Shown here piece after piece: positions 13,759 through 25,612 of a stretch of DNA of 64,000 nt (positions within the stretch are counted from its first letter, which is position 1; every line of letters starts with the position of its first letter). The DNA is from Octopus sinensis. Taxonomy: Eukaryota. Below the pieces are notes generated by a model. That model did not search any database. It worked only from the letters and a program-made list of their open reading frames with translations, and was not told the origin of the DNA. The DNA is taken from assembly GCF_006345805.1 (NCBI RefSeq), contig NC_042997.1, forward strand, positions 191,456,001 to 191,520,000, written 5' to 3'. A program made the position numbers and the translations under genes.

Positions 13759-13875
13759 ATATTACAAATATAAGAGTTAGAACTTGTGGTCCAGTGGCAG
13801 ACCTTTATCTTTGGAAATTTTTACCTGCCATACTAAAACGTTTCCCCATCCCTGGTTTAAAAGAAATGTCATACA

Positions 13876-14929
13876 GGCATGGCTGTGTGGTAACAAGCTT
13901 GCTTCCTAATTCCATGCTTCCACATTCAGTTCCACTGTGTGGCACCTTGGGCAATTGTCTTCTACTGTATCCTCATGCCGACCAAAGCTTTGTGAATGGA
14001 TTTGGTCGATGGAAACTGAAAGAAGCCCATTGTATGTATGTATGTACGTACATGCATATGTATGTTTGTGTGTGTGTGTGTGTGTGTGTGTTTTTGTGTC
14101 TGTGTTTGTCCCCCACCACTGATAGTCGGTGTTGGTGTGTTTACATCCATGTAACTTAGCAAAAGATACTGATAAAATAAGCACCAGGCTCAACAAAAAA
14201 ATAAGTACCAGGGTTGATTCATTCAACTAAAAATACTTCAAGGTGGTGCTCCAGCATGGCTGCAGTCAAATGACTGGAACGAGTAAAAGATTAAAAACAG
14301 GTGAGCAGGTAAGGGTAGATATGTAGAAAGGCAGGTAAAAAAGTAGACACTATTTTTACAAGGGAATTGTTAACAGTAAGGAGTTAGCGTAGGAGTGGCT
14401 GTGTGGTAAGTAGTTTGCTTACCAACCATATGGTTCCAGGTTCAGTCCCACTGCGTGGCACCTTGGGCAAGTGTCTTCTACTATAGCCTTGGGCCGACCT
14501 AAGCCTTGTGAGAGGATCTGGTAGACGGAAACTGAAAGAAGCCCCCCATTTATAACCCACAAGAGTGAAAAAGAGTGACAGAGACAGGCAGAAACAAAGG
14601 AAATGCCACTTGTATTTGAAAACTGTGCAAATATTCTTTCAAAATAACTTTTCTTTTAATTTTTCCAAATTTAATTGTTTTCCATACTTACAGTTGAAAA
14701 AGTCTAAATGACTGAAACTGGTACTGAAATGTTTTTTATAAAATTATTTTAATGTCTGCTTTCCATGCTAGCATGGGTTGGACGATTTTGACTGGTGCAG
14801 CCATCTGATTCGCCAGCCCTCAGTCAAAATCGTCTTACCCATGGTAGCATGGAAAGCGGATGTTAAACGATGATGATGATGATGATCTTAGCATTTTCTA
14901 TCTTGACTTTTTTTTCCACACACACACAC

Positions 14930-14992
<63 letters not shown>

Positions 14993-16270
14993 ATATGTTT
15001 ATGTGTCTCTGTTTGACCCTCTCCCCCCAACATTGCTTGACAACCGATGCTGGTGTGTTTACGTCCCCGTAACTTAGCGGTTCGGCAAAAGAGACTAATA
15101 GAATAAGTACTAGGCTTACAAAGAATAAGCCCCGGGGTCGATTTGCTTGACCAAAGGCGGTGCTCCAGCATGGCCACAGTGAAATGACTGAAACAAGTAA
15201 AAGAGTAAAGAGTAAATCTGAAGTATACATTAGAGAAAGGCAACTAAGCTGAAACCTCAGGTCACTGTCAACATTTTCTGTATAAAGATAAAATAAATCT
15301 GACACTCTACTTTAAAAATATTGAATGTAATGTTTCGCTTTTAGTATATATGACTATTAATAAGCACACACACACACTTTCTCTCTCTCTCACTCTCTGA
15401 CACATACGTATGGTATTCTTTTATTCTGTTACTTGTTTCAGTCATTTGACTGCAGCCATGCTGGAGCACTGCTTTTAGTCGAGCAAATCGACCCCAGGAC
15501 TTATTCTTTGTAAGCCTAGTACTTATTCTATCGGAGTCTTTTGCTGAACCGCTAAGTTACGGGGATGTAAACACACCAGCATCGGTTGTCAAGCGATGTT
15601 GGGGGGACAAACACAGACACACAAACATATACATATATATGACGGGCTTCTTTCAGTTCCCGTCTACTAAATCCACTCACAAGGCTTTGGTTGGCCCGAG
15701 GCTATAGTAGAAGTCACTTGCCCATGGTGCCATGCAGTGGGACGGAACCCGGAACCATGTTGTTAGTAAGCACTCCTGCACCTTTAGTATATATTGAATG
15801 TAATATTTCGTTTTTAGTATATAAGACTATTAATAAACTCACACACACACACATACGTATGTATTCTTTTACTCTTTTACTTACTTCAGTCATTTGACTG
15901 CAGCCATGCTGGAGAACTGCCTTTAGTTGAACAAATTGATCCCAGAACTTATTCTTTGCAGGCCTTGTACTTATTCTATCATTCTCTTTTGCCGAATTGC
16001 TAAGTTATGGGGATGCAAACACACCCACATCGGTTGTCAAGTGATGGTGGGGAGACAAACACAGACACACCTTTGGATTTAATTATTCCTTCGAGGTTTT
16101 AAACTCCTCTAACTGATACCTACACAACTATATATATATATGTATACATATATACGACGGGCTTCTTTCAGTTTCCATCTACTAAATCCACTCACAAGGC
16201 TTTGGTCGGCCCAAGGCTATAGTAGAAGACACATGCTCAAGGTGCAAGCTACTTACCACACAGCCACTCC
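13876..16270. mobile_element. Cluster of SINE family B copies (13876-14295 +, 14387-14545 +, 14985-15215 +, 15415-15780 -, 15862-16270 -)
   Basis: Repeated matches to family B in both orientations. Confidence 0.85.
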
Positions 16271-16289
16271 TTATAAAAGATTTGGTAAA

Positions 16290-17370
16290 GAAGCAAGTCA
16301 ATCCTAAAACAAAGGATTGACCTGGGTGCAGAAGTGATACCATGTTGCTTTTGGCGATAATCTCACAAGTCAGGAGAGATCAGTGACAGAGTGCATTGTT
16401 GTCAGGAAGAATCCAGATCTGGTTGCTTTTGCCAAAATGTCCTCCATCAAATGCTTCAAAACATCACAGTAGGGCTCTAGATTGACGGTCTGGTCCTGGG
16501 AAATGAATTCTTGATGCACAATACCACATTTCTGGGGCTGATTCTTGTGACAGGTCTTCCAGATTGCTCATCATCTTTCAAGAATGTTCTTCCACTTCTA
16601 AAGTGCCTGTGCCACTTGAAACATTGATGCATTTGACTCATTGCCTTGTCACTATGACCCTGTCATCTGGTCATCGAATCTAAATAGAGACTTCAAACTT
16701 GAAATCTTCAAAGCCACAGTCGAACCAATTCTACTATATGGCTCAGAAACCTGGACATTATCAAAGAAGCTTGAGAGGCAGTTGGATGGAACCTACACTC
16801 GCCTCCTTATGAGAGCTCAAAATCTCTTGTGGAAGCGTCATCCAACCAAAATGCAAATATATGGGAAACTTCCACCTGTGTCATCTCTTGTGAAAGGTAG
16901 GAGAGTCCAGTTTGCTGGACATTGTTGTAGAGCTGAAAACGAGGGAAGCCATCTGCTCATGATACCAGAGGGCGCACACTCTCCTACCCTGATGTAATCT
17001 CCAGGGATACAGGCATCCAGCAACAGGACGTCCGTAATGCTATGATGGACCGTGAAGTCTGGCATAGCATGGTAAATTCCATTGTCTCGACCACAGTCGA
17101 ACAATGATGATGATGATGATGATGACCCTGTCAAAGCATGCTCAACGTCCCAAGTTTAATGCAAAATTTCACGTTGGCTCTTTGTTCTTGTCAAGGACAA
17201 AATCACAGACTACAGCATCCATGTGATCACAAAAACATAATTTTCACAAGATTAGGAACGCTTAGCTGGAGAGAGACGCAGGGGACAAGCCTGTATGCAA
17301 GAACAACCGCTCTTTTACTTAGCTCCGGTGTACATATGTACGTAAATGAGTGTGACTTCGTCATCATAGG
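16290..17370 (-). mobile_element. Degenerate mariner fragment (N-terminal HTH) interrupted by RTE insertion
   Basis: Minus strand EQRANVKFCIKLG and HQCFKWHRHFRSGRTFLKDDEQSGRP. Confidence 0.75.
16666..17121 (+). mobile_element. RTE-clade LINE 3' fragment
   Basis: EPILLYGSETWTL...QFAGHCCR; (GAT)n tail; 12-bp TSD ATGACCCTGTCA at 16654-16665 and 17122-17133. Confidence 0.9.
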
Positions 17371-17459
17371 GCGAGCATGAGTAATTACACATAGATACAT
17401 GCGTGCGTACATACATAGATGACCAACAAAAAGATATTTCAACTACATCAATATATGTC

Positions 17460-17771
17460 AACTGAGAGGAAGTATAACAAACACAAAATTGTTGTTGAGA
17501 TGTTACTTCCTGTGAAGTAAGACGTCCAGATATCTGTGAAGCACTTAGTATAGTGTGATACATACGAAGAATAAAACAGGAAATTGATGTACAGTAATAA
17601 TAGTGTGAAGTGTGTACACACCTATTAATATAAACAATACTTGTCGATAGATGAGAAATATTCTGTCAGTAAATGTTAAGATATAGTGTGACTAGTCTTC
17701 TTTAAGACAAAGGCAAAACAAGACCACAGAAAGATAGCCATCCCTCAAAGAATGAATTAATTACGGTAAGC
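17460..17771 (+). promoter_or_regulatory. Possible promoter / non-coding first exon of the adaptor-like gene
   Basis: Unique sequence with GAGGAAGT (17466), ACTTCCTGT (17505), ACAGGAAAT (17576), GACCACA (17722), AGATAG (17732) and donor-like ACG|GTAAGC at 17766. Confidence 0.3.
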
Positions 17772-17941
17772 GTATAAGAATTATCTCTAATTAATTTTGT
17801 TTTTCTTTCTTGTTTATATAAACGTTTTATACATACACACATATATGTATGTATACATATATATGTATGTATATGTATGCATGTATCTATCTATCTATCT
17901 ATATATATATATAAACTGGCAAAATGACCATTTCGAAATAT

Positions 17942-17984
<43 letters not shown>

Positions 17985-18072
17985 GTATTAGAAGAAATGA
18001 GGTACTCAAAAATTTGGATGGTTTTATATTTACAGATATTTATTTGTATATTACATGTTTTTATACATCATA

Positions 18073-18450
18073 TTAGCAGTACTGCCCGTCGTTGCTCGGG
18101 TTTGTTTTGACCCTTTAGAATTGGAATTTTTGAAAAGTAAAAATTTTGCATTATGTAGCTTGTTCTCTTCAGGTGAACATTTTTCTGGTTGAAATACACC
18201 AAAAAATGGTGACACAGCAGTCAAAAAATAGGGATTTTTATAGAAAAAAAACACCTTTTTGATGTAAATAATTTTTGGTGTTAACATGTACTGATTTGAA
18301 TTTTATCTTCTATGAAATGAAGAGCAAGCCTTCTTCTATCATACTCTGAATTTTGGTCAACTTGCGCCGCAGGGTCTCAGAGGAGATAGTGTTAGTTGAA
18401 GGCTACCACACCGGCCACACACAAACTTCAGCTTTATATATATATATAGA
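18073..18450 (-). mobile_element. Non-autonomous Helitron
   Basis: Same terminal motifs as 35698-36092 in reverse orientation (CTAG mutated). Confidence 0.75.
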
Positions 18451-18736
18451 TATATATAATAGGGGAGTTTAGTTCACTGGTGATTTAAACAAATAGGTAC
18501 ACTGAGTAAGTGCTGTAATGGATTATCAGGGTTCTGGATATTTATGCTGTGAAAATACTTTGCTGTAATACATACAGACTAACATCCATACCCTCTGAAA
18601 AATGAACTGTGAACTATATTTCTTTACTCTCTACTCTTTCATTTCATTGCTTATTATCTGCAAATTTTCCATGTCTAGATCTTTCATATGTTCTCTACTT
18701 GTCTCTGATGATGGAATGTCCCATATTCAGGCATAC

Positions 18737-18945
18737 TTATTTCTTTACTGCTCACAAGGGGCTACACACAGAGGGGACAAACAAGGACAGACCACAGTGC
18801 GTAAATGGTACTTATTTAATTGACACCGAAAGGATGAAAGGCAAAGTCGACCTAGGCGGAATTTGAACTCAGAACGTAGTGGCAAATGAAATACTGCTAA
18901 GCATTCGCCCGGTGTGCTAACATTTCTGCCAGCTCACTGCCTATC
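18737..18945 (-). mobile_element. SINE family A
   Basis: Reverse-complement match. Confidence 0.8.
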
Positions 18946-19050
18946 ACTTGGGATATCCCAGTAACAGCTGTAAGACCTCAGCTAATTTAAGAATAATAAT
19001 GTATATGACTTGAGGTGTTTGTTATGCCTTGGCGTTTGTTGTCCTCTTTC

Positions 19051-19104
<54 letters not shown>

Positions 19105-19157
19105 ATATATATATGTATGTATATATATATATGTATGTATATATATATATATATATA

Positions 19158-19361
19158 TCGGAGTAAGCACATAAATGTGAAACAAGGTTGAAAAAAGAGT
19201 ACTCAATACCAGAGGTAGAGTATATGCTTTATTTAAAAGCAGCAGAAATGTAACGAAAGCCATTACTCAGAGTTTCACGTTCCCATTCGTCGGACAGTTT
19301 TGTTCACGTGAAACTCTGAGTAACGGCTTTTGTTACATTTCTGCTGCTTTTAAATAAAGCA
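19158..19361. mobile_element. Asymmetric fold-back element between microsatellites
   Basis: Inverted arms 19225-19280 / 19306-19361 plus one-sided extension. Confidence 0.8.
19260..19297 (-). ncRNA. Hammerhead-like core (CCGACGA variant)
   Basis: Minus strand CTGT-CCGACGA-ATG-GGAA-CGT-GAAA-CTCTGAG-TA-ATGG. Confidence 0.4.
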
Positions 19362-19363
19362 CA

Positions 19364-19443
<80 letters not shown>

Positions 19444-19460
19444 TATATATATATACATAC

Positions 19461-19728
19461 AACTAATGTAGGATAAAATCTTTTTTGAAAAAAAATTTTA
19501 TCAATGGCCTGCATATCAAAAAATACCTTTAAAGGTTAAATTTATAAATAACATATAAAATAAGGGCAAAAGAAAAATTCTAATGCCAAATATGCCAAAA
19601 AAGACAAAATTGTCAATAACCATTATAATTTATGCGTTTCGGCTGCATAAATTATAATGGTTATTGACAATTTTGTCTTTTTCGGCATATTTGGCATTAG
19701 AATTTTTCTTTTGCCCTTATTTTATATG

Positions 19729-19732
<4 letters not shown>
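19461..19732. mobile_element. Asymmetric fold-back element in (TA)n
   Basis: 88-bp arms 19548-19635 / 19645-19732; loop GTTTCGGCT (minus strand GCCGAAAC). Confidence 0.8.
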
Positions 19733-19763
<31 letters not shown>

Positions 19764-20492
19764 CATACACACATATTCATCATATATATTAATCCAAACA
19801 AGTGGAGGAATAGAAGAAATGAAGTTGCAAAACCAGAGAGACTATATCAGAATTATTTCAAAATTCATTATATCTTAAAATATAGGAATGCACTTGGCTG
19901 GTTCCACACAAGATTTTTCGAAAGTGTATAGTGTATGGACTTGTGTTGTAAATTATTTCTATTCTGATCATTATTATAAAAATAGTTTGTTTTTAAAATA
20001 GGAATCCGGCGATATATATAAACATCCTCTAAATCTATACATACCATTAAAAGGCATGATGTTATGGAATTGTCTGAGATAAAATATCTTTATTGATCTG
20101 TGTTAAAAACACAATGTATATCAGAGCGAGATAAATGTCACTGTAGTGACTCGTGAGAATGACTTTCTTGAGACTCATCAATGGCAAGCATTTGTCACCT
20201 GCTTCAACAAAATTTGTACCTTGATATATAGGAAACAGTGAATAAAACATTTACTAGCACTGCTGATGTTTGCCACGCTGTGGAAAAATTTGGTAAACAC
20301 AATGGAAACAGCATTAAATTAAAATAGCCATCTGTGTATCATACTAAATGTATATTTACTGTTAGAAGGCATAATACTGTGTTTGTTTCATATATTTAGC
20401 TTTCTCACAAGCCACTACAGGGTTGTTATTTCATCTCCCTCTGATATCTATCTATCTATCTCTATCTCTCTATCTCTCTATCTATATATATA

Positions 20493-20778
20493 TATATATT
20501 AGAAGAAATGAGGTACTCAGAAATCCAGATGGTTTTATATTTACAGATATTTATTAGTATGTTACATGTTTTTATAAATCATATATCATATATTAGCGCT
20601 TTCGTCCATTCTAGTGGAGTCTTCAAATTGAAGACTCCACTAGAATGGACGAAAGCATATATATATGATTTATAAAGACATGTAACATACTAATAAATAT
20701 CTGTAAATATAAAACCATCCAAATTTCTGAGTACCTCATTTCTTCTAATATATAATACCTGTACATCATCTCCAAACC

Positions 20779-20783
<5 letters not shown>
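20493..20783. mobile_element. Asymmetric fold-back element in (TA)n; partial copy at ~17980-18072
   Basis: ~130-bp arms centred at 20627, extension to 20783. Confidence 0.8.
20592..20628 (-). ncRNA. Hammerhead-like core at the turn of a fold-back element
   Basis: Minus strand TTGAAGA-C-TCCA-ctagaa-TGGA-C-GAAA-GCGC-TA; C3>U variant, stem I truncated. Confidence 0.45.
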
Positions 20784-20855
<72 letters not shown>

Positions 20856-20856
<1 letters not shown>

Positions 20857-21403
20857 AGGTTCAAATGATGAATAGCTTCGCGTAAACCATAGGTTCATTT
20901 TGTTCTCTTACTTTATTATCATCTTATAATCATCTCATAATAATGACTTTTATGACTCGTATTACTACCTCAGTCAATCTAAATGTATATATTTGTCGTT
21001 ACCTGTCATAAATAGCCTTTTTCTATTTGCAATATGCATTTTTGTTGATTTTTTTATATTTTACCCTTACATTTCCACGTGTATTTTATATTTTCTTTTC
21101 GTAACATATTTCTACTATATATATATATTATATATATATATAAGGTTCAAATGATGAATAGCTTCGCGTAAACCATAGGTTCATTTTGTTCTCTTACTTT
21201 ATTATCATCTTATAATCATCTCATAATAATGACTTTTATGACTCGTATTACTACCTCAGTCAATCTAAATGTATATATTTGTCGTTACCTGTCATAAATA
21301 GCCTTTTTCTATTTGCAATATGCATTTTTGTTGATTTTTTTATATTTTACCCTTACATTTCCACGTGTATTTTATATTTTCTTTTCGTAACATATTTCTA
21401 CTA
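20856..21403 (+). repeat. Two direct ~260-bp copies (20856-21117, 21142-21403) separated by (TA)n
   Basis: Near-identical copies; same family as right arm of 57441-57941. Confidence 0.85.
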
Positions 21404-22499
21404 TATATATATATTGTGTTTTCAAATGCAGTACATCCATAAGAGATGTTGTCTTGGATGAATATTCTTCCTAGCTTCTTCAAATGATTAATTAATGATC
21501 GTAATGCTAACATTAACTTCAGTGGAAAGCTCTCTCACTGTCACAGCTGGATTGCTCATTATGTTGACTCCAGTATTTCATTATTGAATTCAAGTTCATC
21601 AGGCTACCTGAAATTGCCAAGTTTGAATTTTTCAAACCTTTTTTTGTTATGTTGTGTCTGGGGAAGAGTCATTTTCTTTTTTGCCTTATTATGTAACACA
21701 CTCACCGGTAAAATTTCCACTTATTTCTTATTTTTATTTTCCTAAAATTATCGTGTCTAGCTTGAAAGTCATAAACACACCGAAGGGAAATAACAATTCG
21801 GTGAGACAAGCTGACTGACAGGTGACGGTCGTTTAGAAAAAGTACGGGCTAAAACTACGTGCCTTCACTAGTCAGTTAAGGTGAGACAGTGTCATGTGAC
21901 AACTTGCTGGGGCTGCATGCTGGAGCCTATGCGGCAGATATTTAAAGGGAAAAATTTGACAAGACAGTCAGTCACCGGCTGACACTCACTGACGATACAT
22001 CGAAGAGGCCAGGGAACAGAAGAAAGAAGACATGCACCCAACACCAGAGCTGAAGACACCTCCGAAAGTAAGGGCCCCGCCACGTCAAAATGGTAGAGGA
22101 GTAGGGGCCAAAACCGAACGTGGTTCCTCCCGATGATGTCTTGAGCTAACTGGATCCTATAAAGGAGCTGTTGTGGTAGCAGACGACGAAACACAGTTGT
22201 AATTCCTCCTTCAATAGTCCTGACTCTGTCTGTTATTTACACTTTTTTTGTTATTTCTTACGTATATACATACATGAATTGCCATCGTTGTCTAATGCCC
22301 ATGTTTTATGCTGGCATGGGTTGGAAGGTTTGACAGGATCTGATGGGATCAAGGACTGCATCACACATCAGTGTCTACTTGGGGGCATGAGGATAGCCTC
22401 TTAAGTCATATTTATTGTAATTATTCATTAATGCTTTGTCTGTTAATTTGCAGAGATTACAAACCATCAATAAAAAAGAAAGAAAACTTGTATTAAATA

Positions 22500-22584
22500 A
22501 TGAAGAACTTCCAAACAACACCAATTCTTGAAAGGAATAATTCAACAGATTCAGACCAATCACATATACTACATTTCCATGCAA
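22500..22584 (+). CDS. Coding exon 1 of putative transmembrane adaptor-like protein (MKNFQTTPILERNNSTDSDQSHILHFHA)
   Basis: Acceptor ttaatttgcAG at 22452-22453; in-frame upstream TAA at 22494; ATG 22500; donor A|GTAAGT at 22585; phase 1 matches next exon; NNS/NST glycosylation sequons. Confidence 0.6.
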
Positions 22585-23644
22585 GTAAGTTCTTAATTAT
22601 TTTAATACATTTCATATATTAGTGTATGTCATCTGGGAGTGTTACCATACTTGCCACGCTTGGCACAGTGGGTTTGTAAGCCCCTTTAGAGAGCTTTTAC
22701 CTCATTGCAGGAATATGTTAGGGCTTGTTCTTTACTGTTGAAACTCACATGACACATGGACACACACACACACACACACACATGAAAATCATCATCAACA
22801 TCATTATCATCATCGTTTAACGTCCGTTTTCCATGCTAGCATGGGTTGGACGGTTCAACTGGGGTCTGGGAAGCCAGAAGTCTGCGCCAGGCCCAGTCTG
22901 ATTTGGCAGTGTTTCTACAGCTGGATGCCCTTCCTAACATGAAAATAAATAAGTAAAAAAGTTGAAAGGTTAAAAATTATATACATACATGCTCACAGTC
23001 CCTCCACCACCACCACCACCACCACCACCACTGGATGGCCACTGACTTTCCTGAATTCCTCTGCTCTTTTGGATGGGTTTTGTTTTCTGTCCTGCAGGGT
23101 GTCTAATAACCACCCTCCTCACCCAACTCATTTGGTGGGGTCACCAGTTTAGTTACCAATGACCCAACCAAGACAAAATACAATATGACAAGATGATCTC
23201 AGCTGCTATCTGGGCCTGCATGATTGTGACTGATCAGAAATAGGCAGTAGTGGAAGGAATCCAGAAAGGGATCCCGCTTTTAGGAGCAACAAAGCCCAGG
23301 TTGAGGTTTAATGCAATGGTTGGAAATTTCTATAGAAAAACAACTAGTAGGGACCTACAAATCTTCTGGTGTGACTTAGTAGTTCGGCAAAACGGCCCAG
23401 TCGAATAAGTACTAGGCTTACAAAGAATTAGTCCTGGGGTCCATTTCATACACTAAAACTCTTTAACTGAAACAAGTAGAATGCTATATTTGTGTAGCCA
23501 ACTTTCCTTTTGTCAATGTTAAGTTTAATTAATAAAGGGAGATAACTCCTTCTGAACCTGAATTATTTCCCTCTTCTCATCTATCGTGTACTCTTTCGCT
23601 TTATAGTCATAATTTCCACCTTCTTATACACATATATATATGAT

Positions 23645-23823
23645 AGATCGGTAGCCACTACACACATTATTTTTCTCTCCTTGTTTTTTTCTGTGTCCCT
23701 TTCTGTAGAAGAGCGTAGGCTCGAAACGTAAAAGACTTTTTCTATTCCTGAGCATTATACTAATACATCTGTTTGTTTTGTACACCACCTGTCTTCGTCT
23801 TTTGTTTTCTTTCGTGAACTCCC
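23645..23823 (+). mobile_element. Solo PLE terminal-repeat-like element with hammerhead-like motif (23699-23734)
   Basis: CTTT-CTGTAGA-A-GAGC-gtag-GCTC-GAAA-CG-TA-AAAG; flanked by (TA)n. Confidence 0.5.
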
Positions 23824-24459
23824 TATATATATATATATATATATATATGTGTATGTATCAGCAATAATAAAATAATTATAATAATAAGGATTATTAATAA
23901 TTTTTTTTTTGCCAAATAAATTATTACTGCTCTTATTCTAACTGAGCCCTGGCCAACTCGAATTACATGGTGGGTCACCTTAATCATAGAAAGTTTTTGG
24001 AGGGCTGCTTGTATGCTGACAGAATTGAAAGCATTTTGCTTTCTCATGCTAGTATTACAATAATGAATGAATGATCATTGATTCAACATGAAATATTATC
24101 GTTGCAAAAACAGTAGCATCTTTCTTTTTAGCTTTCCATTACAATCTTTAATTTTTGATAAAAATTTTTTAATGTTTGTTTAAAGAAACCCATTTCAAGA
24201 AAGTATCAAGCAGGCCGCAAGATAAAAGTCTGCGGGTCACATGCAGCCCACGGGTCTTAGGTTGGCCAGCCGTGTTCTAACACATGTCCATTGTCTGGGA
24301 ATCTTTCGTCACACATCTGTGACCTCTTCAGTGACACTTTTCGTCTTTGTGTGTGCTCTTGCTCCACTTATTTAATTCTGCCCTTCTATGATGCGTATCC
24401 TTATGTGCGCGTGCATTTGCATCCGCGTTTATGTATGTTTGCATGTATGTGTGTGTCAT

Positions 24460-24690
24460 TGAGCTGGCAGAAACGTTAGCACGCCAGGCGAAATTCTTAG
24501 CGGTATTTTGTCTGCCGCCATGTTCTGAGTTCAAATTCCGCCGAGGTCGACCTTGCTTTTCATCCTTCCGGTGTCGATTAAATAAGTACCAGTTATGCAT
24601 TTGGGTTGATATAATCGACTTAATCAGTTTGTCTGTCCTTGTTTGCACCCTCTGTGTGTAGCCCCTTGTAGGCACTAAAGAAATAAGAGT
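24460..24690 (+). mobile_element. SINE family A
   Basis: Full-length match. Confidence 0.85.
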
Positions 24691-25140
24691 ATAACCTTTC
24701 CCTCAGTCCCATCCTCTTCCCCTGTTGTCGCTGCAGATCTCCTAGGACCCCAAAATTTGGTATAGTTTCTGTATCTCTCTGTGTTTGTGTGTTCGCCTAT
24801 GATGCTGCCATCGTGGTAGTTGTTGTTGTTATTATTGCCATCGTTATCACTGCCACTGTCATTGTTAGTACTGTTGCAGCTGTCTGTGAAGTTATTGTGT
24901 GTGTGTGTGTGTGTGTGTGTGGGTTTGCTTATTATATTGTTTGTATCCATGCCCCTTATTTTCATCTACTTCTATTTCTTATATTTATCACAGGTATGTG
25001 ACAAATATATTAATTTATTTATCTATATTTCTTATATGTATCACAGGTATGTGCATATATGTCTACTGTGTGTGTATTACCCTGTTTGTGTCTGCGTTTT
25101 ATTTAGATTATTATTTTTTCCTTCTCTCTTCTGTCTTTAG

Positions 25141-25612
25141 TCATGTGGTGTGGCGGTGGGTGTTACTGTTCCATTTGTGTTTTCTATTGAGGCTCAGCCT
25201 GTCTACTGTTATGTGTGTAGCCTTTGTGATCTGTCTAAGTGTTATATCAGTTCTATATGTCGATAATACTTTAACCTCTATGCTGTTAATCAAGCCTCCA
25301 AGTTCTGCTTGAGTATGTTAGTAGAGGACTGACGAGCCTTTCTCTTCTTTGAGCTCCTGCCAGTGCTCATCTATACGCTCCCCTATGCTGCATGCAGTCT
25401 ATCCAATGTAAGTAGTTGTCATGTTTCCACACTGTTCCTCAGTACATCATCAGCTATACACTATATTCCTAACCTTACAGTTAATCCGTAGGTTCATCCT
25501 ACATACAACACAATTGTTCTCTGTAGATAGGAACTTATCAAAGGGATAGGTTCTACAGATCAAGGATTTTATAGGGGCATCAGGCCTTTCTTCTACCTTA
25601 ATCCGTAGAGTA
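25141..25612 (-). mobile_element. Degenerate PLE GIY-YIG endonuclease fragment, Naiad-like
   Basis: Minus strand CVVCRMNLRINCKVRNIVYS**CTEEQC..TYIG*TACSIGERIDEH...LRQITKA.HI....LNRKHKW. Confidence 0.7.

Noticed and set aside
14863-15305. ORFs rich in YI/HT/CV runs here and throughout the window
   Set aside because: Translations of (TA)n/(CA)n microsatellites and SINEs
22047-22075. CTGAAGA..GAAAGTA hammerhead-like string
   Set aside because: No pairable stem II or stem III
25447-25452. Tandem TGA codons as selenocysteine
   Set aside because: Not at apparent Cys positions and copy has other stop types; decay more likely
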